Assembly (NCBI GenBank): GCA_045652605.1
Contig: JAZRUQ010000164.1
Coordinates: 1 to 39,830 of the forward strand
DNA: 39,830 nt
Source: Erysipelotrichaceae bacterium
Lineage (GTDB): Bacteria > Bacillota_I > Bacilli_A > Erysipelotrichales > Erysipelotrichaceae
Reading direction: 5' to 3'
Position numbers and translations under genes: made by a program
In this document: positions 7,834-16,343 of the stretch, piece after piece
Position numbering within the stretch: position 1 is the first letter of the stretch
How the letters are laid out: each line of letters opens with the position of its first letter
Notes under the pieces: generated by a model
What the model was told of the DNA's origin: nothing
What the model saw: the letters and a program-made list of their open reading frames with translations, nothing else
Databases searched by the model: none

Positions 7834-8739
7834 ATGGCATCCATTGCATATGTGACAAATAGTCAGATGATTGAATATCATCGCATCAATGGAAATCGTA
7901 CAATGAACTTCTGGAGACCTAGTTACACCAAGAAGTTTGCGGATTTCAATGAAGGCGACTATCTGTTTTTTTTAGTGAAGACATCACCTCGTGCAAAAGA
8001 AAAAGCATTAACAGGTTATGGTCGTTGCGTAAAAAGCCAAACAATGAATTTTAAGCAGATGTGGGAGACATTTGATAAACAGAATGGTTATGATACTAAA
8101 GAAGCTTTAAAAGAAGCTGTATTGAAGGCATCAAAATCCAAGACACTTCCAGAAAAACTGAATTGCATTGTTCTGGAAGATGTTGTGTTTTTTCAAAGTC
8201 CTGTTTACTTGAGTGAAGTTGGAATTAATGTCAATTCCAATCTGGAAAGCTATATCTATCTGGATAAAGAAGACGCATCTGTAACAAGTAGAATTCTGCA
8301 GATTGCATCTGAATCTGGTGTGGATATGTGGTCTTTGATCAACTCAGAAGAAGAGGAGCAGATTGATATGCAGGAAGATCATCTGCACTTTGCGGTGACT
8401 CAGGCTTTAAAACAATGCAAGACACATATCTACAAAGAGTGGGAACAGAAAAAAATCCGCAAGATGATGAAACAGTATCTTGAAGATCATGAAGTAGAAA
8501 TGCTGAGCAGTTCAGGAATGGATGGATTTGTGGTTAAAGACAATCAGGTTGAAATCATAGTCCCTGTTGTTTATGGCAAAGAACATGATGATACAATGCA
8601 GTATTGTGTAGGTCATTGTATGATGATTAAGCATCTGATTTTGAAAAATTGTCCATATGAACCTGAAATTCATTTTACATTCGTATCAGATCAGGATATA
8701 TCATTGATTTCTGATATCGTAAACAGTAGTTTTTGTTGA
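7834..8739 (+). CDS. hypothetical protein, possible PUA-like N-terminal module, C-terminal half unassigned
   Basis: 301-aa ORF with RBS GAGGTGAG 6 nt upstream. N-terminus: YVTNSQMIEYHR...MNFWRPS...F.DFNEGDYLFFLVK...MWETFDKQNG...LNCIVLEDVVFF. See findings. Confidence 0.65.
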   Translation: MASIAYVTNSQMIEYHRINGNRTMNFWRPSYTKKFADFNEGDYLFFLVKTSPRAKEKALTGYGRCVKSQTMNFKQMWETFDKQNGYDTKEALKEAVLKASKSKTLPEKLNCIVLEDVVFFQSPVYLSEVGINVNSNLESYIYLDKEDASVTSRILQIASESGVDMWSLINSEEEEQIDMQEDHLHFAVTQALKQCKTHIYKEWEQKKIRKMMKQYLEDHEVEMLSSSGMDGFVVKDNQVEIIVPVVYGKEHDDTMQYCVGHCMMIKHLILKNCPYEPEIHFTFVSDQDISLISDIVNSSFC

Positions 8740-8795
8740 GTCTTTTGTAAAAATCAGCTAAAATAAAAGTGGTTATAATTCAGGAGGATAGAATC

Positions 8796-9068
8796 ATGAG
8801 AAAGTTAAATGCAGTTGTAATCGATCCAGTAGGTCTGCACGCTAGACCTGCAACTTTAGCAGTAAGCGCATCAGCTAAGTTCAAATGCAACGTAACAGTT
8901 GAAAAGGCTGAAGGTGGCAAGGCAGTAAACATGAAGTCAATCATGGCTGTTATGGCACTGGGTATCCCTACACAGACTGAAATCGTTATCACTTGCGACG
9001 GTGAAGACGAAGATGCAGCAATCACTGCAATCGAAGAAATTCTTCGTAAGCAGAACGTAATTGCTTAA
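8796..9068 (+). CDS. ptsH: phosphocarrier protein HPr
   Basis: ATG 8796 follows CAGGAGGA. Active-site His in VGLHARPA and regulatory Ser in NMKSIMAVMALG. About 90 aa. Confidence 0.9.
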   Translation: MRKLNAVVIDPVGLHARPATLAVSASAKFKCNVTVEKAEGGKAVNMKSIMAVMALGIPTQTEIVITCDGEDEDAAITAIEEILRKQNVIA

Positions 9069-9086
9069 TTAAATGATTCAAGCATA

Positions 9087-9123
9087 GGAAAGAATATCAC
9101 TTGTGATATTCTTTCTTTTTTTT
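9087..9123 (+). terminator. rho-independent terminator
   Basis: GGAAAGAATATCAC / GTGATATTCTTTC stem followed by a long T-run. Confidence 0.7.
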
Positions 9124-9167
9124 ATATGTTAAAATAAAGAAGACTTTGAAAGAAAGGGAGTGATGAA

Positions 9168-11042
9168 ATGAACACAGTGAATTCATATGAAGTGCTTGTT
9201 ATTGGTGGTGGACACGCTGGTTGTGAAGCAGCTTTGATTGCAGCACGTATGGGATGTAAAACTGCGCTTGTTTCATTAAGTCGTGATCAGATTGCGAAAA
9301 TGCCTTGTAATCCATCTGTAGGTGGTCCTGCCAAGGGAATTGTCGTAAGAGAGATTGATGCGCTAGGCGGACAGATGGGAAAAACTGCTGACCAGACAGC
9401 GCTGCAGTTTAAGATGTTAAATACGACAAAAGGTCCTGGTGTACAGTCTTTAAGAGTGCAATCAGATAAAATTGCATATGCAAAGGCTATGCAGAATGAA
9501 CTTTTGTGTCAAAATAATTTGACAGTGATAGAAGATATGGTCACTGATCTAGTCATTGAAGAAGATGTTGCAAAGGGTGCAAACCTGAAGAATACAGGGT
9601 ATGTATCAGCACAGTGTGTCATCCTGACAACAGGTACGTACATGTCATCTTTGGTGATGGTTTCTGATCAGGTGAGTGAAAGCGGACCAGATAATGAGCC
9701 TACATGCAATACATTGTCACAATGTTTAAGAGATAATGGAATCGAAACATTCCGTCTGAAAACTGGTACACCTGCACGTGTTCTGACATCATCTATTGAC
9801 TTCAGCAAGACTAGTGTACAGCCAGGAACACCGGAATTCTTCAGTTTCAGTACAATGACTGATGAGATTCTTCCGTTTGATGAACAGGAAGTCTGTTACC
9901 TGACATACACAGCGCCTGAAACCCATCAGATTATCAATTCCAATCTGCATCGTTCCAGCATGTACTCTGGTGTTGTAAAGGGAGTTGGGCCTCGTTATTG
10001 TCCAAGCATTGAAGATAAACTTGTTCGTTTTGCGGATAAGGATCGTCATCAGATTTTCCTTGAACCTGAAAGCAGAGAACTGGATACAACTTATGTACAG
10101 GGGTTCTCTACCTCTATGCCATATGAAGTGCAGGAAAAAATGATTCATTCATTGCCTGGACTTGAACATGCAGTGATCAAGAAATACGCTTATGCGATTG
10201 AATATGATGCAGTGAATCCACTACAGTTAAGACCATCGCTTGAATTAAAGAAGATTAAGGGACTTTTCTGTGCAGGGCAGATCAATGGTACATCAGGCTA
10301 TGAAGAAGCTGCAGGACAGGGTTTAATGGCTGTTATTAATGCAGTACGTAAACTGTGAAATAAAGAACCACTAATTCTGAAACGTGATGAAGCTTATATC
10401 GGAGTCATGATTGATGATCTGGTGACAAAGGGTACACAGGAACCTTATCGCTTATTGACAAGCCGTGCTGAATTCAGATTGTTGCTCAGACACGATAACG
10501 CTGATCAGCGTCTGACTGAAAAAGGATATGAGTATGGTTCGGTGTCAGAAGAAAGACTGAATCACTATCATGGCTGGATGAATCAGCTGAATGCATTGAA
10601 GGAACAGATTAGAAATGTTCATATTTCAATTGGAAATGCTGAAGTGAATGAACTTCTGCACAAATGGGGATTTGAAGATTTAAGTGAAGGTATTTCATTG
10701 TATGAGCTGGTCAGAAGACCACATGTATCACTGGTTGAAGTTGCAGAAGTATTAGGAGTAGAACTTGATGCAAAAGCAGCACGTCAGGTTGAGATTGAAA
10801 TCAAATATGAAGGCTACATCGAAAAGGCTAAAAAGGAAGCAGAACGTCTGTTGAAAATGGACCATACAAAACTTCCTGAAAATCTGGACTACGATGAAGT
10901 CGAACATCTGTCACTGGAAGGGCGACAGAAACTAAAGAAAATCATGCCTGCAACAATGGGTCAGGCATCTCGTATTTCAGGTGTTAATCCAGCAGATATT
11001 GCCGTACTGGCAATGCACCTTGAAAGAAGAAGAAAGGGGTAA
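9168..11042 (+). pseudogene. mnmG: tRNA uridine 5-carboxymethylaminomethyl modification enzyme MnmG (GidA), interrupted by one in-frame TGA at 10356-10358
   Basis: Track ORFs 9168..10358 and 10407..11042 are in the same frame. The translation is collinear with MnmG across the stop: FAD motif VIGGGHAGCEAA, then ...[63 protein letters not shown]. Confidence 0.85.
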
Positions 11043-11046
11043 CTTT

Positions 11047-11664
11047 ATGAACATCAACGAAGTCATCAGCAATGTCGAAATCTATGGTATCGAAAGCGCA
11101 ATTAGAGGAAGCAAATATCCTATGGCTACAGATCTGTCCAAGGTCAATTCTGAAGTCACTAAGACTGTCATGAAGCTGGGGACAAGCCGTCAGGGAGAAG
11201 GTCATGATAACTTTCTGAATGGAATTCTGATTCAGTTTGATTTGAACTTTTCCAACAAAGCGTGGGTAGAAGCAGAACGTTATCATTTCCTGGATTTCAT
11301 CAGTTCACAGTCAACAATGCACCGCATTACTAAGTTTGATCTAGATAAAGCATACATTGAATACGTGGATCCTAGAATGGTTGAAATCATGAAGGAAAAG
11401 GTTGCTGCATACAATGAACTGGAAGCTTCCAACAAAGCAAATCCTGACAAGGAAGTAACTGAAAAGCTGAAGAAGATGTATCTTGAAATCCTGTATTCAA
11501 ATCCTGCTGGATTCAGATTGACAGCACGCATGACGACAAACTATCGTCAGCTGAAAACCATCTATAAACAGAGAAGAACTCATCGTCTTCCTGAGTGGCA
11601 GGCCTTCTGTGACTGGTGTGAAACACTGCCATATCATGAATTTATTACAGGACAGGAAGCATAA
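11047..11664 (+). CDS. hypothetical protein with divergent ThyX (flavin-dependent thymidylate synthase)-like features
   Basis: ATG 11047 lies 7 nt after AAAGGGG and 4 nt after the mnmG stop. [42 protein letters not shown] resembles the ThyX core (HE..FEH..F.F......R....QW.RHR..S....S.RY). [22 protein letters not shown] resembles the ThyX C-terminal helix region. The assignment is tentative. Confidence 0.55.
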   Translation: [205 protein letters not shown]

Positions 11665-11696
11665 AGCTTCCTTTTCTTTATAATGAAAGGAGTCCT

Positions 11697-12851
11697 ATGT
11701 TAAAGAAGATAATAATATTTCTAATAACGATTCCCATTATTATAGGGTGTTCTTACACTCCTTCTGTAGAAGAAATCAGAGCAGTATGGGTCAGCTACAT
11801 CGACTACACACAGATTTTATGGGGTAAATCTTCAAGTGAATTTGAAGCAAGTGTTGATGAGATTATAGAGAACTGTATGGAGTATAAAATCAATACAATT
11901 TACCTGCATGCATCAGCCTTTACAGATGCTTATTACCAATCAGATTACTACCCAACTCAATATGTTGAATCTCAGATTGGTGCAAATCTGAAGTATGATC
12001 CACTTGAGATTTTTATTGAGAAAGCGCATGATAAAAACATACGAGTTGAAGCCTGGATTAATCCATTTCGTTCATTTGATCAACAGAAAATGGAAACAGT
12101 ACCTTCATCTTATATCGTTAAAAAATGGGTTGATGAAGGCAATCGAAATATCATCTTTTATAAAGATCGATACTATCTGAATCCTGCTTATGAAGAGGTT
12201 CACAATCTGATATTGAATGTAGTCAGTGAGATTGCGCAGAACTATGAGATTGATGGTCTGCACATGGATGACTACTTTTATCCAGATCATGTGGACGACA
12301 GTTTTGATAAGATGGATTATATGTATAGTGATAGTAATTTATCTATTGAAGACTGGCGCAGAAACAATGTGAATGAACTGGTTGAAAAGATTGATAAAAC
12401 ACTCAACAAAATAGACAGTAGACTATGGTTTGGAATTTCTCCTGCAGGCAATCTGGAGTACAGCAGAGATTCAATCTTTGGTGATGTTGAAAAATGGGTA
12501 GAGGAAGAATGGGTGGATTACATAGCACCTCAGATTTATTTTGGCTACACCAACAAAAGCAAACCTTATGCCGCAACCTTGCAGCAATGGAGTGATGTGG
12601 TTAAGGGGACAGATGTACAGCTGATTGTAGGACTTGGAGCATACAAGATCAATCAGGAAAATGGCAACTCAGATGATGAAGAATGGATTCAGGATTCACA
12701 GATTCTGATCAGACAGATACAGGATGCAAAATGTGCTTCCAATTATGCAGGTTATGCCCTCTATAGTTATCATTCCATGTTCAGAGCTGAAGACGATGAT
12801 GTACAGGCTGTCATGAGTCAATTGGAAGACATAAAATCATTATTGGAATAA
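11697..12851 (+). CDS. glycoside hydrolase-like family 10 (GHL10) lipoprotein
   Basis: Lipoprotein signal peptide MLKKIIIFLITIPIIIGC (lipobox IIGC). RAVWVSY..., ...IDGLHMDDYFYP... and ...PQIYF... are typical of the GHL10 TIM-barrel family. Confidence 0.75.
   Translation: MLKKIIIFLITIPIIIGCSYTPSVEEIRAVWVSYIDYTQILWGKSSSEFEASVDEIIENCMEYKINTIYLHASAFTDAYYQSDYYPTQYVESQIGANLKYDPLEIFIEKAHDKNIRVEAWINPFRSFDQQKMETVPSSYIVKKWVDEGNRNIIFYKDRYYLNPAYEEVHNLILNVVSEIAQNYEIDGLHMDDYFYPDHVDDSFDKMDYMYSDSNLSIEDWRRNNVNELVEKIDKTLNKIDSRLWFGISPAGNLEYSRDSIFGDVEKWVEEEWVDYIAPQIYFGYTNKSKPYAATLQQWSDVVKGTDVQLIVGLGAYKINQENGNSDDEEWIQDSQILIRQIQDAKCASNYAGYALYSYHSMFRAEDDDVQAVMSQLEDIKSLLE
11724..11740 (+). repeat. copy A of a 17-bp repeat ATAACGATTCCC(A/G)TTAT (inside the lipoprotein signal-peptide coding region)
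   Basis: ATAACGATTCCCATTAT encodes ITIPII of MLKKIIIFLITIPIIIGC. Confidence 0.8.
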
Positions 12852-12858
12852 ATGTAAG

Positions 12859-12895
12859 AAAAGACATCTTGATGGTTGTAAAGATGTCTTTTTTG
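12859..12895 (+). terminator. rho-independent terminator
   Basis: AAAGACATCTT / AAGATGTCTTT stem, 10-nt loop, T-run. Confidence 0.65.
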
Positions 12896-12930
12896 ATAGA
12901 TAATGAATATACTTAGAGGAGGATCATTTC

Positions 12931-13662
12931 ATGATTTTAGATGATTATCAAAAGAGAGTCGATCAGCTGTTTGACCAGGTCAAAACAACACAAAGAGAAA
13001 ACATTATTGCTGCAGGTAAGATGATTGCAGACACACTTCAGAATGGTGGCAACATTTATCTGAGTGAAATCTGTCATTCCATTCAGAATGACTTGATTGA
13101 TAGAGGTGGAGGACCTTTCTGGTATCGTCCATTCCAGTACAAACTGGAAGTAAAATCAGATGCTCGTCAGAGAGATAGAAGCGATATGGATCTGGATATG
13201 GAAGGTCTGGGAGCATATGTGCTGAAAGCTTCGACAATTCGTCCAGGAGATGTTCTGTTTGTGGGTTCTGTATCTGGGCGTACAAAGCACGTTGTTGATC
13301 TGGCTTATGAAGCTAAGAAAATGGGAATCAAGGTTATCGCTATGAGTTCAATGAGCTATGCACAGAGTGTAGGCCCTGTTCATTCATCAGGTAAGAAACT
13401 GTATGAAATCGTTGATTTGACACTGGACAACTGTGCACCAGCTGCAGAAGCTATGTTGGAAGTTGAAGGCGTTGAAGCAAACTTTGCAGCAGCAAGCGGT
13501 CTGGCAAGTTCATTCATTCTGTGGTCTGTTACAGCAGTAGCAATTGAAGAAATGAAAGAACGCGGCATGGATCCACTGCTTCTGAAGAGCACAAACTATC
13601 CAGGTGGACCTGACTACAACGACGGTCTGGTAAGACCTCGTTACTGGAAGCAGGGTTATTAA
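12931..13662 (+). CDS. SIS domain-containing protein (UPF0309-like sugar isomerase domain protein)
   Basis: About 243 aa. VGSVSGRT phosphosugar-binding-like segment, and overall pattern of the UPF0309/SIS family. RBS GAGGAGGA. Confidence 0.75.
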   Translation: MILDDYQKRVDQLFDQVKTTQRENIIAAGKMIADTLQNGGNIYLSEICHSIQNDLIDRGGGPFWYRPFQYKLEVKSDARQRDRSDMDLDMEGLGAYVLKASTIRPGDVLFVGSVSGRTKHVVDLAYEAKKMGIKVIAMSSMSYAQSVGPVHSSGKKLYEIVDLTLDNCAPAAEAMLEVEGVEANFAAASGLASSFILWSVTAVAIEEMKERGMDPLLLKSTNYPGGPDYNDGLVRPRYWKQGY

Positions 13663-13671
13663 TCACATATC

Positions 13672-13697
13672 AAGGAGTCTGAAAAGACTCCTTTTTC
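13672..13697 (+). terminator. rho-independent terminator
   Basis: AAGGAGTCT-GAAA-AGACTCCTT followed by TTTT. Confidence 0.7.
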
Positions 13698-14039
13698 TAT
13701 GTTTTAACAAATATTATTTAAATATAATGATTTAAAGTACTTAATTTATGACATCTAAAGGTATTTCAATGCTTGATAGAAAAAAAGGAAATATGATTCA
13801 CTGTTTTATGACAGAAAAGAACAAAGGAAAGATTCACCAGTTCATCTGTATGCAATATTTGTCAGTTTAAATAAAAGAAATATACCATGTCATATTTATA
13901 GAACTGAAATATATTATATTATAAATGATTATAATGTTTCTTGATGTGATTTAGAAGTGTTTGTGATTGTGTTTTGTGCTAAACTGTTAAAGAATCCTGT
14001 TATTTTCTTGGTTTCACTATAGAGCTAAATCAGGAATTT

Positions 14040-14048
14040 TGTTATAAT
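14040..14048 (+). promoter_or_regulatory. extended -10 promoter element upstream of rsmG
   Basis: TGTTATAAT (TGnTATAAT) lies 20 nt upstream of the rsmG ATG. Confidence 0.4.
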
Positions 14049-14068
14049 AATTAAACGGAGGACACAGG

Positions 14069-14767
14069 ATGAAAAAAGAAGAATTTATTCAGTGCTGTAA
14101 AGAAAATGGTCTTGAATTAACTGAACAACAGATTCATCAGTATGAGACTTATGCACAGCTGCTCAAAGAGTGGAATGAAAAAATGAATCTGACCGCAATT
14201 ACTGAATTCGAAGAAGTTCTGGATAAGCACTTTTATGATTCCTTGCTTCCATCGTTTTCGTCATCGATTCAGGGTACATTGTGCGATGTTGGATCAGGTG
14301 CGGGATTCCCATCGATTCCATTAAAGATTGCATATCCGGAATTGAAGGTTGTGATTATAGAACCATTAGGAAAACGTGTAACTTTCTTGAAAGAAGTTGT
14401 ACGTGTTCTTGGATTGAAAGATGTTGAATGCGTGAATGCTCGTGCTGAGGATTACGCTAAACAGGATCGTGAATGTTTTGATGTTGTGACTGCACGTGCA
14501 GTTGCGAATTTAAGAATGCTTTCTGAACTTTGTATTCCTTTAACTAAAAAAGGTGGTCTTTTCCTTGCGATGAAAGGCTCAAATGGTCTTGAAGAAGATC
14601 GTGAAGCTGCTCATGCATTGAAGGTGCTTGGATGCACTTTAGAAAAGACTGAAGAGCGTCATCTGAATGATGGAAGCACAAGAGTGAATCTGTTCTATCG
14701 CAAGAATCGTTCTACTCCAGTGCAGTATCCTCGCCAGTTTGCGAAAATCAAAAAGAATCCACTGTAA
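14069..14767 (+). CDS. rsmG: 16S rRNA (guanine527-N7)-methyltransferase
   Basis: Matches WN.KMNLTAI....E.....HF.DSL, SAM motif DVGSGAGFP and ...VTARAVA.L..L.E...PL.K.GG.F.A.KG. Synteny with noc-parA-parB. Confidence 0.9.
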   Translation: MKKEEFIQCCKENGLELTEQQIHQYETYAQLLKEWNEKMNLTAITEFEEVLDKHFYDSLLPSFSSSIQGTLCDVGSGAGFPSIPLKIAYPELKVVIIEPLGKRVTFLKEVVRVLGLKDVECVNARAEDYAKQDRECFDVVTARAVANLRMLSELCIPLTKKGGLFLAMKGSNGLEEDREAAHALKVLGCTLEKTEERHLNDGSTRVNLFYRKNRSTPVQYPRQFAKIKKNPL

Positions 14768-14780
14768 AGGAGAAGTTTGA

Positions 14781-15545
14781 ATGCAGCAGGTCATTACAAT
14801 ACCTACAAGAAAAATCAGACCGAATCGCTATCAGCCTCGTCTGGTTTTCAATGAAGAAAGCATCACAGAACTGGCTCAGTCGATCAAGGAAAATGGATTG
14901 ATTCAGCCGATTGTCGTTCGAGACATGATTGATTACTATGAAATCATTGCAGGTGAAAGAAGATTCAGAGCTTGTCAGTCACTAGGGATGGAAACTATTC
15001 CTGCTGTGATTAAGAGTACAAGCGAGATGGAATCAGCTCAGCTTGCATTGATTGAAAATATTCAGCGTGAAGATTTAAGTGCAATCGAAGAGGCAAAAGC
15101 TTATCTGATGATTATGCGTCAGTCGAGCTGTACTCAGGATGAAATGGCATCACGCATGGGGAAAAGCCAGTCTACAATTGCCAATAAGATTCGTCTTTTA
15201 GGATTGCCTGAAGAAGTTCAGAATGCAATTACAGAAAGAAAGTTGACAGAGCGTCATGGACGTGCACTTTTGAATGTTGAACCAGAAAAACAACATGAAG
15301 TTTTTGAACATGTACTGTCTCATGGGCTAAATGTTGCACAGACAGAAGCTTATGTAAAAACAAACGCATCAAAAAAGAAAGAAACAAAACAGAAAACGAA
15401 AGCAGTAGCTCGTCATATGAGAATTGCCTTTAATACAATCTATCAGGCTGTGAAGATGGTAACTGATGCAGGTATTGAGGCAACAACTCAGGAAGTAGAA
15501 AATGATGATGAGTTTCAGATTATCATTAAGTTCCCGAAAAGATAG
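14781..15545 (+). CDS. noc: ParB-family protein in the Noc position (nucleoid occlusion protein-like)
   Basis: ParB box IRPNRYQPR...LAQSIKENGLIQPIVVR...YEIIAGERRFRA, and HTH region SQDEMASRMGKSQSTIANKIRLL. Located between rsmG and parA, as noc is in Bacilli. It lacks the N-terminal extension (see findings). Confidence 0.75.
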   Translation: MQQVITIPTRKIRPNRYQPRLVFNEESITELAQSIKENGLIQPIVVRDMIDYYEIIAGERRFRACQSLGMETIPAVIKSTSEMESAQLALIENIQREDLSAIEEAKAYLMIMRQSSCTQDEMASRMGKSQSTIANKIRLLGLPEEVQNAITERKLTERHGRALLNVEPEKQHEVFEHVLSHGLNVAQTEAYVKTNASKKKETKQKTKAVARHMRIAFNTIYQAVKMVTDAGIEATTQEVENDDEFQIIIKFPKR

Positions 15546-15557
15546 GGTGTGAGTTTC

Positions 15558-16343
15558 ATGGGGAAGATTATCGCAGTCGCTAATCAGAAAGGCGGCGTAG
15601 GAAAAACAACAACCAGTGTCAACCTGGCAGCAGGTCTGGCTTATCTGGGTAAAAAAGTTATGCTTGTGGACTTTGACCCTCAGGGGAATGCTTCACAGGG
15701 AATCAGTGGAAATGATCATAACTATAGAAAAAGTGTATATGATGTACTGATGCATGATTGTTCAGTGGATGAAGCATTGAAACATATTAAGATGCCTCCA
15801 ATTGATCTGCTTCCTGCAACAATTGAACTTGCAGGTGCTGATCTGGAAATGGCAAGCTTTAAAGCTGGTAGAGAGAAACAGTTGAAAGAACAGCTGGATG
15901 TTGTAAGAGATCGTTACGATTATATTTTGATTGACTGTCCGCCATCACTTGGTTTATTGAATACCAATGCATTGACTGCGGCAGATTCTGTCATTATTCC
16001 TGTACAGTGTGAATATTATGCACTGGAAGGACTGACTCAGCTGCTTTCTACAATTCGTCTTGTACAGCGATTGTTCAATGAGAAGCTTGTGATTGAAGGT
16101 GTACTGTTGACAATGTTTGATGCACGTACAAAGCTTTCTGTTGAAGTTCAGCAGGAAGTTCGCAAGTATTTCAAGGAAAGTGTTTATAAGAGCTACATTC
16201 CAAGAAATGTACGTTTATCAGAAGCACCATCAACAGGACAATCAATTTTCGAATATGATGTTCGTTCTGAAGGAGCGAAGGCATATACATCATTGGCAAA
16301 GGAAATTATTATGATCAATGATAGAAAAGGAAGGAATGTATAA
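15558..16343 (+). CDS. parA: chromosome partitioning ATPase ParA/Soj
   Basis: MGKIIAVANQKGGVGKTTT is a deviant Walker A. Also DFDPQGNAS and YDYILIDCPPSLG. ATG 15558 preferred over the GTG at 15549. Confidence 0.9.
   Translation: MGKIIAVANQKGGVGKTTTSVNLAAGLAYLGKKVMLVDFDPQGNASQGISGNDHNYRKSVYDVLMHDCSVDEALKHIKMPPIDLLPATIELAGADLEMASFKAGREKQLKEQLDVVRDRYDYILIDCPPSLGLLNTNALTAADSVIIPVQCEYYALEGLTQLLSTIRLVQRLFNEKLVIEGVLLTMFDARTKLSVEVQQEVRKYFKESVYKSYIPRNVRLSEAPSTGQSIFEYDVRSEGAKAYTSLAKEIIMINDRKGRNV

Noticed and set aside
10981-11046. The track start at 10981 for the ThyX-like ORF (66-bp overlap with mnmG)
   Set aside because: ATG 11047 has a proper SD (AAAGGGG) and lies just after the mnmG stop. The upstream extension is simply the open alternative frame of mnmG.
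13663-14068. oriC or DnaA-box cluster in the long AT-rich spacer upstream of rsmG
   Set aside because: No TTATCCACA/TGTGGATAA-like boxes are present in the spacer. The only near-match I saw (GTATCCACA, about 23821) is a lone site inside ispE.
14495-14510. 12-bp palindrome CTGCACGTGCAG inside rsmG (and CACGTG at about 9775 in mnmG) as additional parS sites
   Set aside because: Only the central CACGTG matches. The flanking half-sites do not match TGTTNCAC/GTGNAACA, with four or more mismatches.
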